A stretch of DNA of 64,000 nt, taken from contig OZ219866.1 of assembly GCA_964291675.2 (NCBI GenBank), positions 320,001 through 384,000 on the forward strand. The letters are read 5' to 3'. Shown here piece by piece: positions 46,439 through 57,151 of this stretch. Within the stretch, counting starts at the first letter, position 1, and each line of letters starts with the position of its first letter. This stretch comes from Alphaproteobacteria bacterium. Its GTDB lineage: Bacteria; Pseudomonadota; Alphaproteobacteria; MPNO01. The notes under the pieces were generated by a model. It did not search any database. It was not told the origin of the DNA and was given only the letters and a program-made list of their open reading frames with translations. A program made the position numbers and the translations under genes.

Positions 46439-48817
46439 ATGCCTGAGGGAGGAATCGGCGCTTCCGTCAAGCGCAAGGAAGACTTCCGCTTTCTGACCGG
46501 CCGCGGCAGCTACACCGACGACCAGGTGCGCGCCGGACAGCTCTACGCCCATATGCTGCGCTCGCCGCACGGCCACGCCGAGCTGGCGTCGGTCGACACG
46601 TCCGCGGCCGAGGCCGCGCCCGGCGTGGTCTGCGTGCTGACCGGCCCCGACGCGGATGCGGACGGGATCGGCGGCCTACCCTGCGGCTGGGGGATCACGT
46701 CGAAGGACGGCAGCCCCATGGTCGAGCCCAAATGGCCGGTCATAGGCCAGGGCAAGGTGCGCTATGTCGGCGAGGTCGTCGCCGCGGTGATCGCGGAGAG
46801 CGCCGAGCAGGCGGCGGATGCGGCCGAGCTCGTCGAAATCGACTACCGTCCGCTCGACGCGGCGGCGGTAACGGAGACCGCCCATCTGGACGGGGCGGCG
46901 CAGGTCCACGACGAGGCGCCCGACAATCTCTGCTTCGACTGGGATTTTCCCGGGCAGGAGGCGGCCGACGCCGTCGACGCCGCATTCGCCGCGGCGGCAC
47001 ACACCGCGAGGCTGGAGCTCGTCAACCAGCGCATCATCCCGCATTCGATGGAGCCGCGCGCGGCAGTCGCCGAGTACGACAAGGGCGAGGAGAAGCTCAC
47101 GCTCTACTGCACCGCCCAAGCGGCGCACGCGATGCGCCTGCTGCTCGGCGCCTTCGTGCTCAACCAGCCGGAGCACAAGTTCCGCGTCGTCGCGCCCGAT
47201 GTCGGCGGCGGGTTCGGCTCCAAGGTCGCGCCCTATGCCGAGTACGCGATCATCTGCTGGGCGTCGCGCAAGCTCGAACGGCCGGTGCGCTGGCTGGGCG
47301 AGCGGGCCGAGTGCTTCGTCACCGACGCGCACGGGCGCGATCACGTGACCGAGGTCGAGCTGGCGCTCGACGGCGACGGCAAGTTCACCGGTCTCAGGGT
47401 CAACACGATCGCCAATATGGGGGCGTATCTCTCCGCCTTCGCGCCGCTGATCCCGACCTTTCTCTACGCCACGCTGTTCGCCGGCCAGTACACCACGCCG
47501 GCGATCTGCTGCAACGTCAAGGCGGTGTTCACCAACACCTCGCCGGTCGATGCGCTGCGCGGCGCCGGCCGGCCCGAGGCCACCTATCTGCTGGAACGGG
47601 TGATCGACGAGGCGTCGCGGGTCACCGGCATCGACCCGGTGGAGATCCGCCGGCGCAACTTCATCGCAGACGACGCCTTCCCCTACCAGACGCCGGTCGC
47701 CCTGCTCTACGACTCGGGCGCCTACGAGCGCGCGCTCGACATCGCGCTCGAGAAATCCGACTGGAACGGGTTCGGGGCGCGCAAGAGTGCGTCGGAAGCC
47801 GACGGCAAGCTGCGCGGCATCGGCGTCGCCTCGCCGATCGAGGCGACCGGGGCGGCGCCGTCGGCGATCGCCGGACAGCTCGGCGCCCGCGCGGGGCTGT
47901 ACGAGTCGGCGCAGGTGCGGTTCAACGCCACCGGCACGGTGACCGTCTTCTCCGGCGGCCACAACCACGGCCAGGGGCACGAGACCACCTTCGCCCAGCT
48001 CGTCACCGACAAGCTCGGCGTGCCGCTGGAGAACGTCGAAGTCGTCGAGGGCGACACCGACCGGGCGGTGATGGGGATGGGAACCTATGGCTCGCGCTCG
48101 CTCTCGGTCGGCGGCAGCGCGATCGACCGGGCGATGGACAAGATCATCGACAAGGGCAAGAAGATCGCCTCCCATTTGCTCGAAGCCTCGGTCGACGACA
48201 TCGAGTTCGACAGCGGCACCTTCACGGTCTCGGGCACCGACCGGACGGTCGGCATCGGCGAGGTCGCCTTCGCGGCCTATGTGCCGCACAACTACCCGCT
48301 GGAGGAGCTGGAGCCCGGGCTCGACGAACAGGCGTTCTTCGATCCGGTCAACTTCAACTTCCCCTTCGCATCCTATGTCTGCGAGGTGGAGATCGACCCG
48401 GAGACCGGCTCGGTCTCGGTTGAGCGCTTCACCGCCGTCGACGACGTGGGCAACATCATCAACCCGATGATCGTCGAGGGGCAGGTGCATGGCGGGCTCG
48501 CCCACGGCATCGGCCAGGCGCTGATGGAGGGGGCGGTGTTCGACGAGGCGGGCCAGCCATTGACCGGCTCGCTGATGGACTACACCCTGCCCAGGGCCGA
48601 CACGGTGCCGAGCTTCGACCTCGACCACACCGTGACGCCGTGTCCGATGAACCCGCTCGGCGTCAAGGGCGTCGGCGAGATCGGCGCGATCGGCGCGCCG
48701 GCCGCGGTGGTCAACGCGATCGTCAACGCGCTTCTGCCGCTCGGTATCAACCACGTCGACATGCCGGTCACGTCGCAGAGCGTGTGGCAGGCCATTCGAT
48801 CGGCCAAGGCGTCCTAG
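46439..48817 (+). CDS. coxL: xanthine dehydrogenase family molybdopterin subunit (form II CoxL-like)
   Basis: 'VGGGFGSK', 'ALRGAGRPE', 'GQGHET' and 'KGVGE'. Confidence 0.88.
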   Translation: MPEGGIGASVKRKEDFRFLTGRGSYTDDQVRAGQLYAHMLRSPHGHAELASVDTSAAEAAPGVVCVLTGPDADADGIGGLPCGWGITSKDGSPMVEPKWPVIGQGKVRYVGEVVAAVIAESAEQAADAAELVEIDYRPLDAAAVTETAHLDGAAQVHDEAPDNLCFDWDFPGQEAADAVDAAFAAAAHTARLELVNQRIIPHSMEPRAAVAEYDKGEEKLTLYCTAQAAHAMRLLLGAFVLNQPEHKFRVVAPDVGGGFGSKVAPYAEYAIICWASRKLERPVRWLGERAECFVTDAHGRDHVTEVELALDGDGKFTGLRVNTIANMGAYLSAFAPLIPTFLYATLFAGQYTTPAICCNVKAVFTNTSPVDALRGAGRPEATYLLERVIDEASRVTGIDPVEIRRRNFIADDAFPYQTPVALLYDSGAYERALDIALEKSDWNGFGARKSASEADGKLRGIGVASPIEATGAAPSAIAGQLGARAGLYESAQVRFNATGTVTVFSGGHNHGQGHETTFAQLVTDKLGVPLENVEVVEGDTDRAVMGMGTYGSRSLSVGGSAIDRAMDKIIDKGKKIASHLLEASVDDIEFDSGTFTVSGTDRTVGIGEVAFAAYVPHNYPLEELEPGLDEQAFFDPVNFNFPFASYVCEVEIDPETGSVSVERFTAVDDVGNIINPMIVEGQVHGGLAHGIGQALMEGAVFDEAGQPLTGSLMDYTLPRADTVPSFDLDHTVTPCPMNPLGVKGVGEIGAIGAPAAVVNAIVNALLPLGINHVDMPVTSQSVWQAIRSAKAS

Positions 48818-48829
48818 GAGGATTGGATC

Positions 48830-49627
48830 ATGTACGATTTCAACTACCGCAAGGCATCGTCGGTCGAGGACGCCGTGAGCGCGGTGACGGGCGCCGAGGA
48901 CGGCCGCTTCCTGGCGGGCGGGATGACCATCATCCCGACCATCAAGCAGCGCCTCGCCAAGCCCTCCGACCTGGTCGATCTCGCGGGGATCGGCGGCCTC
49001 GCCGGGATCTCGGTCTCGGGCGGCGCCGTCGAGATCGGCGGCATGGCGCGCCACGCCGAAGTCAACGCATCGGCCGCGGTGGCCGACGCCATCCCGGCGC
49101 TGGCCAGGCTCGCCGGCATGATCGGCGATCCCCAGGTGCGCAACCGGGGCACGATCGGCGGCTCGATCGCCAACAACGACCCGGCGGCGGACTATCCGGC
49201 GGCGGTGGTCGGGCTCGGCGCCACGGTGCACACAAACAGGCGCGCGATCGCTGGCGACGAATTCTTCACCGGCATGTTCGAGACCGCGCTGGAGGACGGC
49301 GAGCTGGTCACCAAAGTGAGCTTCCCGGTGCCCTCCAAGGCGGCCTATATGAAGTTCCCCAACCCGGCCTCGCGCTATGCCATCGTCGGCGTGTTCGTCG
49401 CCGCGACGGCGGGCGGGCCCAGGGTCGCGGTGACCGGCGCCGGACCCTGCGTGTTCCGCGTGGCGGAGATGGAGCGGGCGCTCGGCGGCAATTTCGCGCC
49501 CGAGGCGGTCGCCGACATCAAGATCGGCGACGGCGACCTCAACAGCGACATCCATGCGAGCGCCGAATACCGCGCCCATCTGGTCACGGTGATGGCCAAG
49601 CGCGCCGTCGCCCAGGCCAACGGCTGA
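48830..49627 (+). CDS. coxM: molybdo-hydroxylase FAD subunit
   Basis: 'LAGG' and 'QVRNRGTIGGS'. Confidence 0.93.
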   Translation: MYDFNYRKASSVEDAVSAVTGAEDGRFLAGGMTIIPTIKQRLAKPSDLVDLAGIGGLAGISVSGGAVEIGGMARHAEVNASAAVADAIPALARLAGMIGDPQVRNRGTIGGSIANNDPAADYPAAVVGLGATVHTNRRAIAGDEFFTGMFETALEDGELVTKVSFPVPSKAAYMKFPNPASRYAIVGVFVAATAGGPRVAVTGAGPCVFRVAEMERALGGNFAPEAVADIKIGDGDLNSDIHASAEYRAHLVTVMAKRAVAQANG

Positions 49628-49769
49628 ACGCGGCCGCCGGGCGCGAACCGGCCCGCGAATCCTCGAAGGGGAGGTCGATGCCGGCCTCCCCGCATTTTTG
49701 CAACGTCGAATCGGAGAGTTGGCCGTGACGCCGTTCGGTTCAGCCCAGATGCGCGGCCCGGGCACGCCG

Positions 49770-50693
49770 ATGAAGCAGGCCCTGCCCGACAGCGTCGACG
49801 CGGCGATGGAGCTGCTCGCCGCCGGGCGCTATGTCGCCGACCGGTCGCTGGCGACGGCGCTGTTCCTCGCGCTCCGGCTGGAACGGCCGCTGTTTCTCGA
49901 AGGCGAGGCCGGGGTGGGCAAGACCGAGATCGGCAAGGTGCTGTCGGACGCGCTGGGGCGCCGGCTGATCCGCCTGCAATGCTACGAGGGCCTGGACGTT
50001 TCCTCGGCGGTCTATGAGTGGAACTACAGCCTCCAGATGATCGACATCCGCATCGCCGAGGCGACCGGCGAGACCGACCGCGAACGGATCGAGAAGGGCA
50101 TCTTCTCGGAGCGCTTCCTGATCAAGCGCCCCCTCCTGCAGGCGCTGGAGCCCGACGTCTCGGGCCTGCCGCCGGTGCTGCTGATCGACGAGCTCGACCG
50201 CACGGACGAGCCGTTCGAGGCCTTCCTGCTGGAGCTGCTGTCCGACTTCCAGGCGACCATCCCGGAGATCGGCACCGTCACGGCGCCCACGCCGCCGATC
50301 GTCGTCGTCACGTCGAACCGGACGCGCGAGATCCACGACGCGATCAAGCGGCGCTGCTTCTATTTCTGGGTCGACTACCCGGACGCCGCGCGCGAGCTCG
50401 AGATCCTCAAGGTCAAGGTGCCGGGCGCGGCGGAGGAGCTGTCGCGCCAGATCGTCGCCTTCGTCCAGGAGCTGCGCAACCGCGACCTGTTCAAGCTGCC
50501 GGGCGTCGCCGAGACCATCGACTGGACCAACGCGCTGATCCAGCTCGACAAGATCGATCTCGACCCCGACACCGTCAATTCGACGCTCGGCGTGCTGCTC
50601 AAATACCAGGACGACATCGAGAAGATGCGCGGCAGCGAAGCCGCCAGGATCCTCGACGAGGTCAAGAGCCAGCTCGCGCAAATCCAGCCATGA
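49770..50693 (+). CDS. coxD: MoxR family AAA+ ATPase
   Basis: 'LEGEAGVGKT', 'RLQCYEGLD' and 'LLIDELD'. Confidence 0.92.
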   Translation: MKQALPDSVDAAMELLAAGRYVADRSLATALFLALRLERPLFLEGEAGVGKTEIGKVLSDALGRRLIRLQCYEGLDVSSAVYEWNYSLQMIDIRIAEATGETDRERIEKGIFSERFLIKRPLLQALEPDVSGLPPVLLIDELDRTDEPFEAFLLELLSDFQATIPEIGTVTAPTPPIVVVTSNRTREIHDAIKRRCFYFWVDYPDAARELEILKVKVPGAAEELSRQIVAFVQELRNRDLFKLPGVAETIDWTNALIQLDKIDLDPDTVNSTLGVLLKYQDDIEKMRGSEAARILDEVKSQLAQIQP

Positions 50694-51949
50694 GCCCGGA
50701 GGAGGCGGCACCCCGCCCCTTCGCGCTGCTGGATTCGCTGGAGGGCAGCCGGCTGGCCGCCAACGTGATGCATTTCGGCCGCATCCTGCGCGCGGCCGGG
50801 CTGCCGGTCGGCACCGGGAAGGTGCTCGATGCCGTCGGCGCCGTGCGCGAGGTCGGCGTCGCCAACCGCTCCGATTTCTACTGGGCGCTGCACGCGGTGT
50901 TCGTCAACCGGCGCGACCAGCACGACCTGTTCGACCAGGCGTTTCACATCTTCTGGCGCGATCCGAAGATCCTGGAGCGCATGATGGGCATCGTCATGCC
51001 GGAAGCCGAGGTGGCGGCGCCGCCGCCCGAGCCGCCGAGCCGCCGCCTGCTCGAAGCGCTCAGCCCGCAGAACGACGACCCGCAGGCGGACGAGGAGAAG
51101 GAACGGGACGAGGAGATCGAGCTCGACGCGGCGATGACCGCCTCGGCCAACGAGCTCCTGCAGGAGATGGATTTCGAGGACATGAGCGCCGACGAGATCG
51201 CCCGGGCGAAGGCGGCGATCGCCCGCATGCGCCTGCCGATCGCGGAGATCCCGACCCGCCGCTTCCGGCCCGATGCGCGCCAGATCCGGGTCGACATGCG
51301 GGCGACGCTGCGCGCCGCCTTGCGCTCGGGCTCGGGCACGATCCCGCTCAAATGGCGCAGGCGGGCGACGCGGCTGCCGCCGCTGGTGATCATCTGCGAC
51401 ATCTCGGGATCGATGAGCCGCTACACCCGCATGTTCCTCCACTTCATGCACACGCTCACCAACGACCGCGACCGGGTGCACACCTTCCTGTTCGGCACGC
51501 GGCTCACCAACGTCACGCGGCATCTGCGCCAGCGCGACATCGACGTCGCGCTCGGCCGCGTCGCCGAGTCGGTCGAGGACTGGTCGGGCGGCACGCGGAT
51601 CGGCGAGTCGCTCAAGGAGTTCAACCGCTTCTGGTCGCGCCGCGTGCTCGGCCAGGGCGCGGTGGTGCTGCTGATCAGCGACGGGCTCGACCGCGATGCC
51701 GGGCGCGGCCTGCATGGCGAGATCGAGCGGCTGCACAAATCCTGCCGCCGGCTGATCTGGCTCAACCCGCTGCTGCGCTTCGAGGGGTTCGAGCCGCGTT
51801 CGCAGGGCATAAGGTCGCTGCTTCCGTTTGTCGACGAGTTCCGGCCGGTGCACAATCTCCTTAGCCTCGAAGAACTGATCGGAGCGCTCGGCCGGCCCTC
51901 GGCCCGGCGCAGGGAAGGGATGGACAGATGGCTGCAGATGCTGGCGTGA
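50690..51949 (+). CDS. coxE: VWA domain protein
   Basis: MIDAS 'DISGSM', 'WSGGTRIG' and 'ISDGLD'. Confidence 0.92.
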   Translation: MSPEEAAPRPFALLDSLEGSRLAANVMHFGRILRAAGLPVGTGKVLDAVGAVREVGVANRSDFYWALHAVFVNRRDQHDLFDQAFHIFWRDPKILERMMGIVMPEAEVAAPPPEPPSRRLLEALSPQNDDPQADEEKERDEEIELDAAMTASANELLQEMDFEDMSADEIARAKAAIARMRLPIAEIPTRRFRPDARQIRVDMRATLRAALRSGSGTIPLKWRRRATRLPPLVIICDISGSMSRYTRMFLHFMHTLTNDRDRVHTFLFGTRLTNVTRHLRQRDIDVALGRVAESVEDWSGGTRIGESLKEFNRFWSRRVLGQGAVVLLISDGLDRDAGRGLHGEIERLHKSCRRLIWLNPLLRFEGFEPRSQGIRSLLPFVDEFRPVHNLLSLEELIGALGRPSARRREGMDRWLQMLA

Positions 51950-52275
51950 GCGCGGTTTCGAAGGACGACGACGTGCTGGGCGAGGCCCGGAGCTGGCGGC
52001 GCCAGGGGCGCGACGTGGCGATCGCCACGGTGATCAGGACCTGGGGCTCCTCGCCGCGGCCGGTGGGCAGCCATCTCGCCATCGATTCCGGGCAGAACTT
52101 CGTGGGCTCGGTCTCGGGCGGCTGCATCGAGGGCGCGGTTATCCACGAAGCCCAGGAGGTCATCGAGACCGGCAAGCCGAAGATCCTCGAATACGGGGTC
52201 ACCAACGAGCTCGCCTGGGAGGTGGGGCTCGCCTGCGGCGGCCAGGTCCATGTCTATGTGGAGAAGCTCGACTAG
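51946..52275 (+). CDS. XdhC/CoxF family, N-terminal module
   Basis: 'GSVSGGCIEG' and 'GLACGG'. Confidence 0.88.
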   Translation: MSAVSKDDDVLGEARSWRRQGRDVAIATVIRTWGSSPRPVGSHLAIDSGQNFVGSVSGGCIEGAVIHEAQEVIETGKPKILEYGVTNELAWEVGLACGGQVHVYVEKLD

Positions 52276-52980
52276 ATGAAGACGGAGATTCTCGAACGCG
52301 TCCTCGCCGACCGCGAGGCCAAGCGGCAGTTCGCGCTGGTCACCGAGCTCGCGACCGGCGCGCAATCCATCGTCTATCTCGACGGCGCGGGGGAGGCCGG
52401 GGTCGAGCCGGGGCTGCGTCCGGCGGTCGAGGACGCGATCCGCGACGACCGGTCCGGCACCGTCCAGGGCGCGAGCGGGGATGCGTTCGTCGAGGTGTTC
52501 AACCCGCCGCTCCGCCTGCTCATCGTGGGCGCGGTCCATATCGCCCAGCCGCTCGCGCGGATGGCCTCGGTAGCGGGCTACGACGTGGCGGTGATCGACC
52601 CGCGCGGCTCGTTCGCGACCGACGACCGGTTTCCCGGGGTGACGCTGGTCAACGAATGGCCCGACGAGGCGATGCCGCCGCTCGACCCGGACCGGCGCAC
52701 CGCCGTCGTCACGCTCACCCACGACCCGAAGATCGACGATCCGGCGCTCGCCGCCGTGCTGCGCTCGGACGCCTTCTATATCGGCGCGCTGGGCAGCCGG
52801 AAGACCCACGCGGCCCGCGTCGAACGGCTCACCGAGGCCGGCTTCGACGCCGACGAGATCGGCCGCATCCACGGACCGGTGGGGCTGTCGCTCGGCGCCG
52901 TGTCGCCGGCCGAGATCGCGGTCTCGATCCTCGCCCAGGTGACCCAGGCGCTGCACGCCAGGGAGCGCGTCGCCGCGTGA
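52276..52980 (+). CDS. coxF: XdhC/CoxF family, Rossmann module
   Basis: 'LTHDPKIDD', 'YIGALGSRK', 'GPVGL' and 'PAEIAVSI'. Confidence 0.88.
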   Translation: MKTEILERVLADREAKRQFALVTELATGAQSIVYLDGAGEAGVEPGLRPAVEDAIRDDRSGTVQGASGDAFVEVFNPPLRLLIVGAVHIAQPLARMASVAGYDVAVIDPRGSFATDDRFPGVTLVNEWPDEAMPPLDPDRRTAVVTLTHDPKIDDPALAAVLRSDAFYIGALGSRKTHAARVERLTEAGFDADEIGRIHGPVGLSLGAVSPAEIAVSILAQVTQALHARERVAA

Positions 52981-54581
52981 AGTTCGGCGCGACGCCACTC
53001 TCGCAGGCCGAAGGCGCGCTGCTCGCGCACGCGATGGCGCTGGCCGACCGCACCCTCAAGAAGGGGCACCGTCTCGCCGCCGCCGACATCGCGGCCATCG
53101 CCGGCGCAGGGTTCGACGAGGTCGTCACCGCCCGGCTGGAGCCCGGCGACGTGGGCGAGGACGAGGCGGCGGCGCGGCTCGCCGAGGCGTTTCGCGGAGA
53201 CGGGCTCACCCTGGATCCCCCCTTCACGGGCCGGACCAATCTGCGGGCGGCGGCGGCCGGGCTCGCCGTCGTCGATGTCGAACGCATCGAAGCGATCAAC
53301 GCGGTCGACGAGTCGATCACCATCGCGACCGTCGCCCCCTTCCAGATGGTCTCCCCGCGCGCCGTCGTGGCGGTGGTCAAGATCGTCCCCTTCGCGGTGG
53401 ACGAGGCGACGCTCGCGGCGGCAGCGGCGCTCGCCGACCGAACGGCGCCGCCGGTGCGGGTCGCGCCCTTCTCCCCCCGGCGGTTCGGGCTGATCCAGAC
53501 CGAGCTCGCGGGCACCAGGAAATCGCTTGTCGAGAAGACCATCGCGGTGACAAGCGGGCGGCTGGAAACGCTCGGCTGCCGCCTGGAACGGACGGAGCGG
53601 GTCGCGCATCGCGCGGACGCGGTGGCCGCGTGTCTGGAATCCTTCCGCGACGACGGGATCGATGTGGCGTTGATCCTCGGCGCATCCGCCATCGTCGACC
53701 GGCGCGACGCGGCGCCGTCGGCGCTGCTGCGCGCCGGCGGCACGATCCTTCGCCTCGGCATGCCGGTCGACCCCGGCCATCTGACCCTGCTCGGCCGGCT
53801 GGGAGGGATGCACGTGCTCGGCCTGCCGGGTTCGGCGCGCTCGCCCCGGACGCACGGCTTCGACCGGGTGTTGCAACGCATCGTCGCGGGACTCGGGGTG
53901 ACCGGCGCGGAAATCGCCCGCATGGGCGTGGGCGGGCTGCTCAAGGAGGCCGCGGGCCGGCCGGCACCGCGCGGGTCGCGGGAGGAGGCGGTCGCCGGCA
54001 TCGTGCTCGCGGCCGGCGCCTCGCGCCGCATGGGCGCGGAGAACAAGCTGCTGGCGGAGATCGAGGGGACGCCGATGGTGGCCCGGACCGTCGATGCGGT
54101 GCTCGCCTCGGGCGCCGATCCGGTGCTGGTGGTGACCGGGCACGAATCGGAGAAGATCCGCGCGACGCTCGCCGGGCGGAAAATCCGCTTCGTCCACAAC
54201 GCCGACTACGCGACCGGGCTCGCGGGCTCGCTCAAGGCGGCGCTCGCGGCCCTGCCGGACGAGGCCGAGGGCGCGCTGGTCTGTCTCGGCGACATGCCGC
54301 TGGTGACCGCCCGGCACCTCGCCCGGCTGGTCGAGGCCTTCCGGGACGAGGACCGGCCCGCCATCTGCGTTCCGACCCACAACGGCAAGCGCGGCAACCC
54401 GTCCCTCTGGCACCGCCGGTTCTTCGCCGAGATGGGCGAGGTCACGGGCGATTCCGGAGCGCGCGCACTGATCGGCGCGCATGCGGACGCGGTCGTCGAG
54501 GTCGAGATGCCGGACCCGGGCGTGCTGGTCGACATCGACACGCCCGAGGCGCTCGCGGCAGCCCGGGCGGGGGAAGGCTGA
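52977..54581 (+). CDS. mocA: molybdopterin-binding domain fused to molybdenum cofactor cytidylyltransferase
   Basis: N-terminal MoeA-like 'GMPVDPG'; C-terminal 'LAAGASRRMG.NKLL', 'LGDMP', 'GD.GAR' and 'DIDT'. Confidence 0.85.
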   Translation: MKFGATPLSQAEGALLAHAMALADRTLKKGHRLAAADIAAIAGAGFDEVVTARLEPGDVGEDEAAARLAEAFRGDGLTLDPPFTGRTNLRAAAAGLAVVDVERIEAINAVDESITIATVAPFQMVSPRAVVAVVKIVPFAVDEATLAAAAALADRTAPPVRVAPFSPRRFGLIQTELAGTRKSLVEKTIAVTSGRLETLGCRLERTERVAHRADAVAACLESFRDDGIDVALILGASAIVDRRDAAPSALLRAGGTILRLGMPVDPGHLTLLGRLGGMHVLGLPGSARSPRTHGFDRVLQRIVAGLGVTGAEIARMGVGGLLKEAAGRPAPRGSREEAVAGIVLAAGASRRMGAENKLLAEIEGTPMVARTVDAVLASGADPVLVVTGHESEKIRATLAGRKIRFVHNADYATGLAGSLKAALAALPDEAEGALVCLGDMPLVTARHLARLVEAFRDEDRPAICVPTHNGKRGNPSLWHRRFFAEMGEVTGDSGARALIGAHADAVVEVEMPDPGVLVDIDTPEALAAARAGEG

Positions 54582-54587
54582 GCGCGG

Positions 54588-55025
54588 CTACTTGGTCGCT
54601 TCCTTGAGGTAGGCGATCAGGTTGTGGCGGTCCTTCTCCTTCTTCAGCCCCTTGAAGACCATGCGGGTCTTGGCCTTCTTCTTGCCGATGAAGGAGCCGA
54701 CGAAGGGCTTGGGGTTCTGCAGATAGGTGAACAGGGTCTTCTCGGTCCACACCAGACCCTTGGCGCCGGCCGCCTTCATGTCCTTGGAGTACTTGAACTT
54801 GGCGAGCGTCCCGGCGGTGCGGCCGAAGAGGCCGTTGAGGTTGGGACCGACCCCCTTCTTGCCCGCGACCGTCTTGTGGCAGGCCTTGCACTTGGCGAAG
54901 ACCCGCTTGCCCTTCTTGACGTCGCCGGCGGCGTGGGCCGGCTGGGCGGTCACCACCGCATCGGCGGCGAGCGCGCCGACAGCGAGAAACAGCCCGAGCA
55001 TGAGGCTGCGGAGTATCCTGATCAC
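54588..55025 (-). CDS. cytochrome c2-like class I cytochrome c
   Basis: Signal peptide; CKACH, 'GPNL.G' and a distal Met. Confidence 0.93.
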   Translation of the reverse strand: MIRILRSLMLGLFLAVGALAADAVVTAQPAHAAGDVKKGKRVFAKCKACHKTVAGKKGVGPNLNGLFGRTAGTLAKFKYSKDMKAAGAKGLVWTEKTLFTYLQNPKPFVGSFIGKKKAKTRMVFKGLKKEKDRHNLIAYLKEATK

Positions 55026-55103
55026 GTCCTGTGGTCTCCGAACGACAAAAGCGGCATTTGAACTACCTGTTTAGCAGAGAATCGGGAGCGGACAAGTGCG
55101 ACT

Positions 55104-55895
55104 TCAGGCCGCTCCGGCCGCACTTTCCAGATAGGAAGCGGGCAGCTCGCGGAAATCGGTCATCAGCGAGCCGAACCCCTCGATCACGTCGTCATAGCCG
55201 TTGGCCCGCATGGCGTACCAGTAGGTCGCGGTGTTGATCGCCAGCACCGGCTTCTTGAGCCATGTCTCGGCCTCGCCGGCGAGTCTCGCCATGGCGAGGT
55301 TGGTGCCGCACTGCACCAGCGCCTCGACATCGTGGCCGTCGAGCTCGATCAGCGCCTCGCGCAGCTCGTCCTCGGTCACCTGGGCGATCTTCGCCGGGCT
55401 CTCGCATTTGAGGCCCTTGATGGCGGCCACCTCGAAGCCGCAATCCTCGAAGAACTTCTTCACGTTCTCGTCGCCGACCGGCCAGTACGGGGTGAGCACG
55501 CCGATCCGCCCGATGTCGCCGTAGCAGCGCAGCGCGGCCTGGCAGGCGTCCGAGCCCATGGCGACGCCGAGGCCGGAGAGCTTCTTGACCTGCTCCCTGA
55601 GCTCGATGCTCTTGGCGAGCCCGTCCCAGAAGGTCTCGGCCGACATGCCCATGACGATGTAGTCGGGGTTGCAGGTCATGACGCGCAGGATCGCGTTGTC
55701 GAACTCGCGGCGAATATTGTCCATCAGCCGGTTGAAGTCCTCGTCCGAATGCACCGGCTCGTCGGGAATCCAGATGCGCACATGGTGGTTGGTCACGCCG
55801 GGCGGGCGCATGTCGTCGAACTCGGGCTGGACCGAGGTGTTGGTCGACGGCGCGATGACGCCCCAGTTCGCCCGCCAGCCGATAGAATCGGTCAT
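55104..55895 (-). CDS. Asp/Glu racemase superfamily protein (arylmalonate decarboxylase/maleate isomerase-like)
   Basis: 'PSTNTSVQPE', 'LTPY', 'QCGTNL' and 'KPVLAIN'. Confidence 0.85.
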   Translation of the reverse strand: MTDSIGWRANWGVIAPSTNTSVQPEFDDMRPPGVTNHHVRIWIPDEPVHSDEDFNRLMDNIRREFDNAILRVMTCNPDYIVMGMSAETFWDGLAKSIELREQVKKLSGLGVAMGSDACQAALRCYGDIGRIGVLTPYWPVGDENVKKFFEDCGFEVAAIKGLKCESPAKIAQVTEDELREALIELDGHDVEALVQCGTNLAMARLAGEAETWLKKPVLAINTATYWYAMRANGYDDVIEGFGSLMTDFRELPASYLESAAGAA

Positions 55896-56551
55896 TTCGC
55901 GGCCTCCACGGGCCCGGCCTGCGCCGGCGCCAGCGCGGCGAGCGCCGCCCGCACCTCGGCGAGCGGCATCACGTCGGCGTATTTCTGGTCCATGTCGAAC
56001 AAATTGGCCTCGTGCGGGCCCTGGGCGCGGTCGCCGGAGCACTCGGCGGGCACGATGGGGCGGAAGCCGTGGCCCATCGCGTCGACCACCGTCGCCCGGA
56101 CGCAGCCCGAGGTGGTGCAGCCGGTGACGATCGCGGTGTCGACGCCTCGCCTGGCGAGCCAGTTGGCGAGGTCGGTGGCGAAGAAGCCGGACGGGTAATG
56201 CTTGCCGATCACCCGCTCGCCGGGGCGCGGCTCGAGCTGGTCGACGATCGCGGTCGCGCGGGTGTTGGGGACGAGCTTGCTCAGCCCGGGCGACTTCATG
56301 TTGAAGATCCCGTCCTCGCTGCGGTCGGTGGCGTAAACGTGGCTGGTGAAGGCGATCGGCAGGTCGAGATGGCGCGCGAGCCCGAGCAGATCCTCGGTGT
56401 GGTCGATCGCCGACTGGATGCTGCCGCCGCCGAACATCTCGGGATCGTTGAACGCGTTGATGAAGTCGATCACGATCAGCGCCGGCTTCTGGCCGAACCC
56501 GATGCGATTGCCGAAGCCCTGCTTCTCGTAGATGTCGAGATCGTCCGCCAC
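55892..56551 (-). CDS. isochorismatase family hydrolase (maleamate/N-carbamoylsarcosine amidase-like)
   Basis: 'LIVIDF', 'K..PSGF', 'GCTTSGCVRATVVDA' and 'DMDQKYADV'. Confidence 0.9.
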   Translation of the reverse strand: MADDLDIYEKQGFGNRIGFGQKPALIVIDFINAFNDPEMFGGGSIQSAIDHTEDLLGLARHLDLPIAFTSHVYATDRSEDGIFNMKSPGLSKLVPNTRATAIVDQLEPRPGERVIGKHYPSGFFATDLANWLARRGVDTAIVTGCTTSGCVRATVVDAMGHGFRPIVPAECSGDRAQGPHEANLFDMDQKYADVMPLAEVRAALAALAPAQAGPVEAAK

Positions 56552-56626
56552 GATGCCCTCCCTGCCAGCGCGAGGCGGTCAGAGCTTAGTCGCGGCCTTG
56601 GAGCCCGGCAACGGAAACGCGGCGAT

Positions 56627-57151
56627 TTATTCGCCGGTTCCGCTGTACCGGGTCATGGCCTTCTCGAACGCTTCGCTTGTCGCTTTCAGCTTGCCCATCA
56701 TGGCGAGATTTGCCGGGTCCAGGTCGCCAGCCAACTGGCCATCCCAGTCGCGGATCAACCGGAGGGCGGTTTCCAGATCGAAGGCGGGATCGCCGGGCGG
56801 GTCGATCAAGGCCCGGATACCCAGGTCGATGAGATCGCCCGTGTCGAGCTCTCCCTTGGCGACGGCGAGATCCTCGAACGGGACCCGAGGCCCGTCGCCG
56901 AGCGACAGCAAGACGGCATCCGCACCGCGGTCGTGCGTCACATGGAGCCGGACATCGTCGGACCGGGAGGCAACCGCTGCGATGGACACGATCTCGCCGC
57001 CGTGCTCCGCTGGCCCCTGCGCGACGATCCTGACGTTCCACTTCTTTCCCAGCCGCTTGGACAGGACGGAACGAAACGACTCGGCGGAGGACCAGTCGCC
57101 CGCGCGATTCCCTTCTTCTCCAGCCAAGGCACGTCCCCCGGTCCGCGTCAT
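56627..57151 (-). CDS. hypothetical protein, candidate immunity protein
   Basis: ATGA-coupled to the upstream toxin-tip-like ORF; atypical codon usage. Confidence 0.5.
   Translation of the reverse strand: MTRTGGRALAGEEGNRAGDWSSAESFRSVLSKRLGKKWNVRIVAQGPAEHGGEIVSIAAVASRSDDVRLHVTHDRGADAVLLSLGDGPRVPFEDLAVAKGELDTGDLIDLGIRALIDPPGDPAFDLETALRLIRDWDGQLAGDLDPANLAMMGKLKATSEAFEKAMTRYSGTGE

Noticed and set aside
55104-55895. Maleate isomerase nicE/maiA
   Set aside because: The first catalytic Cys position reads MGMS, so the two-Cys mechanism is not supported; left at superfamily level
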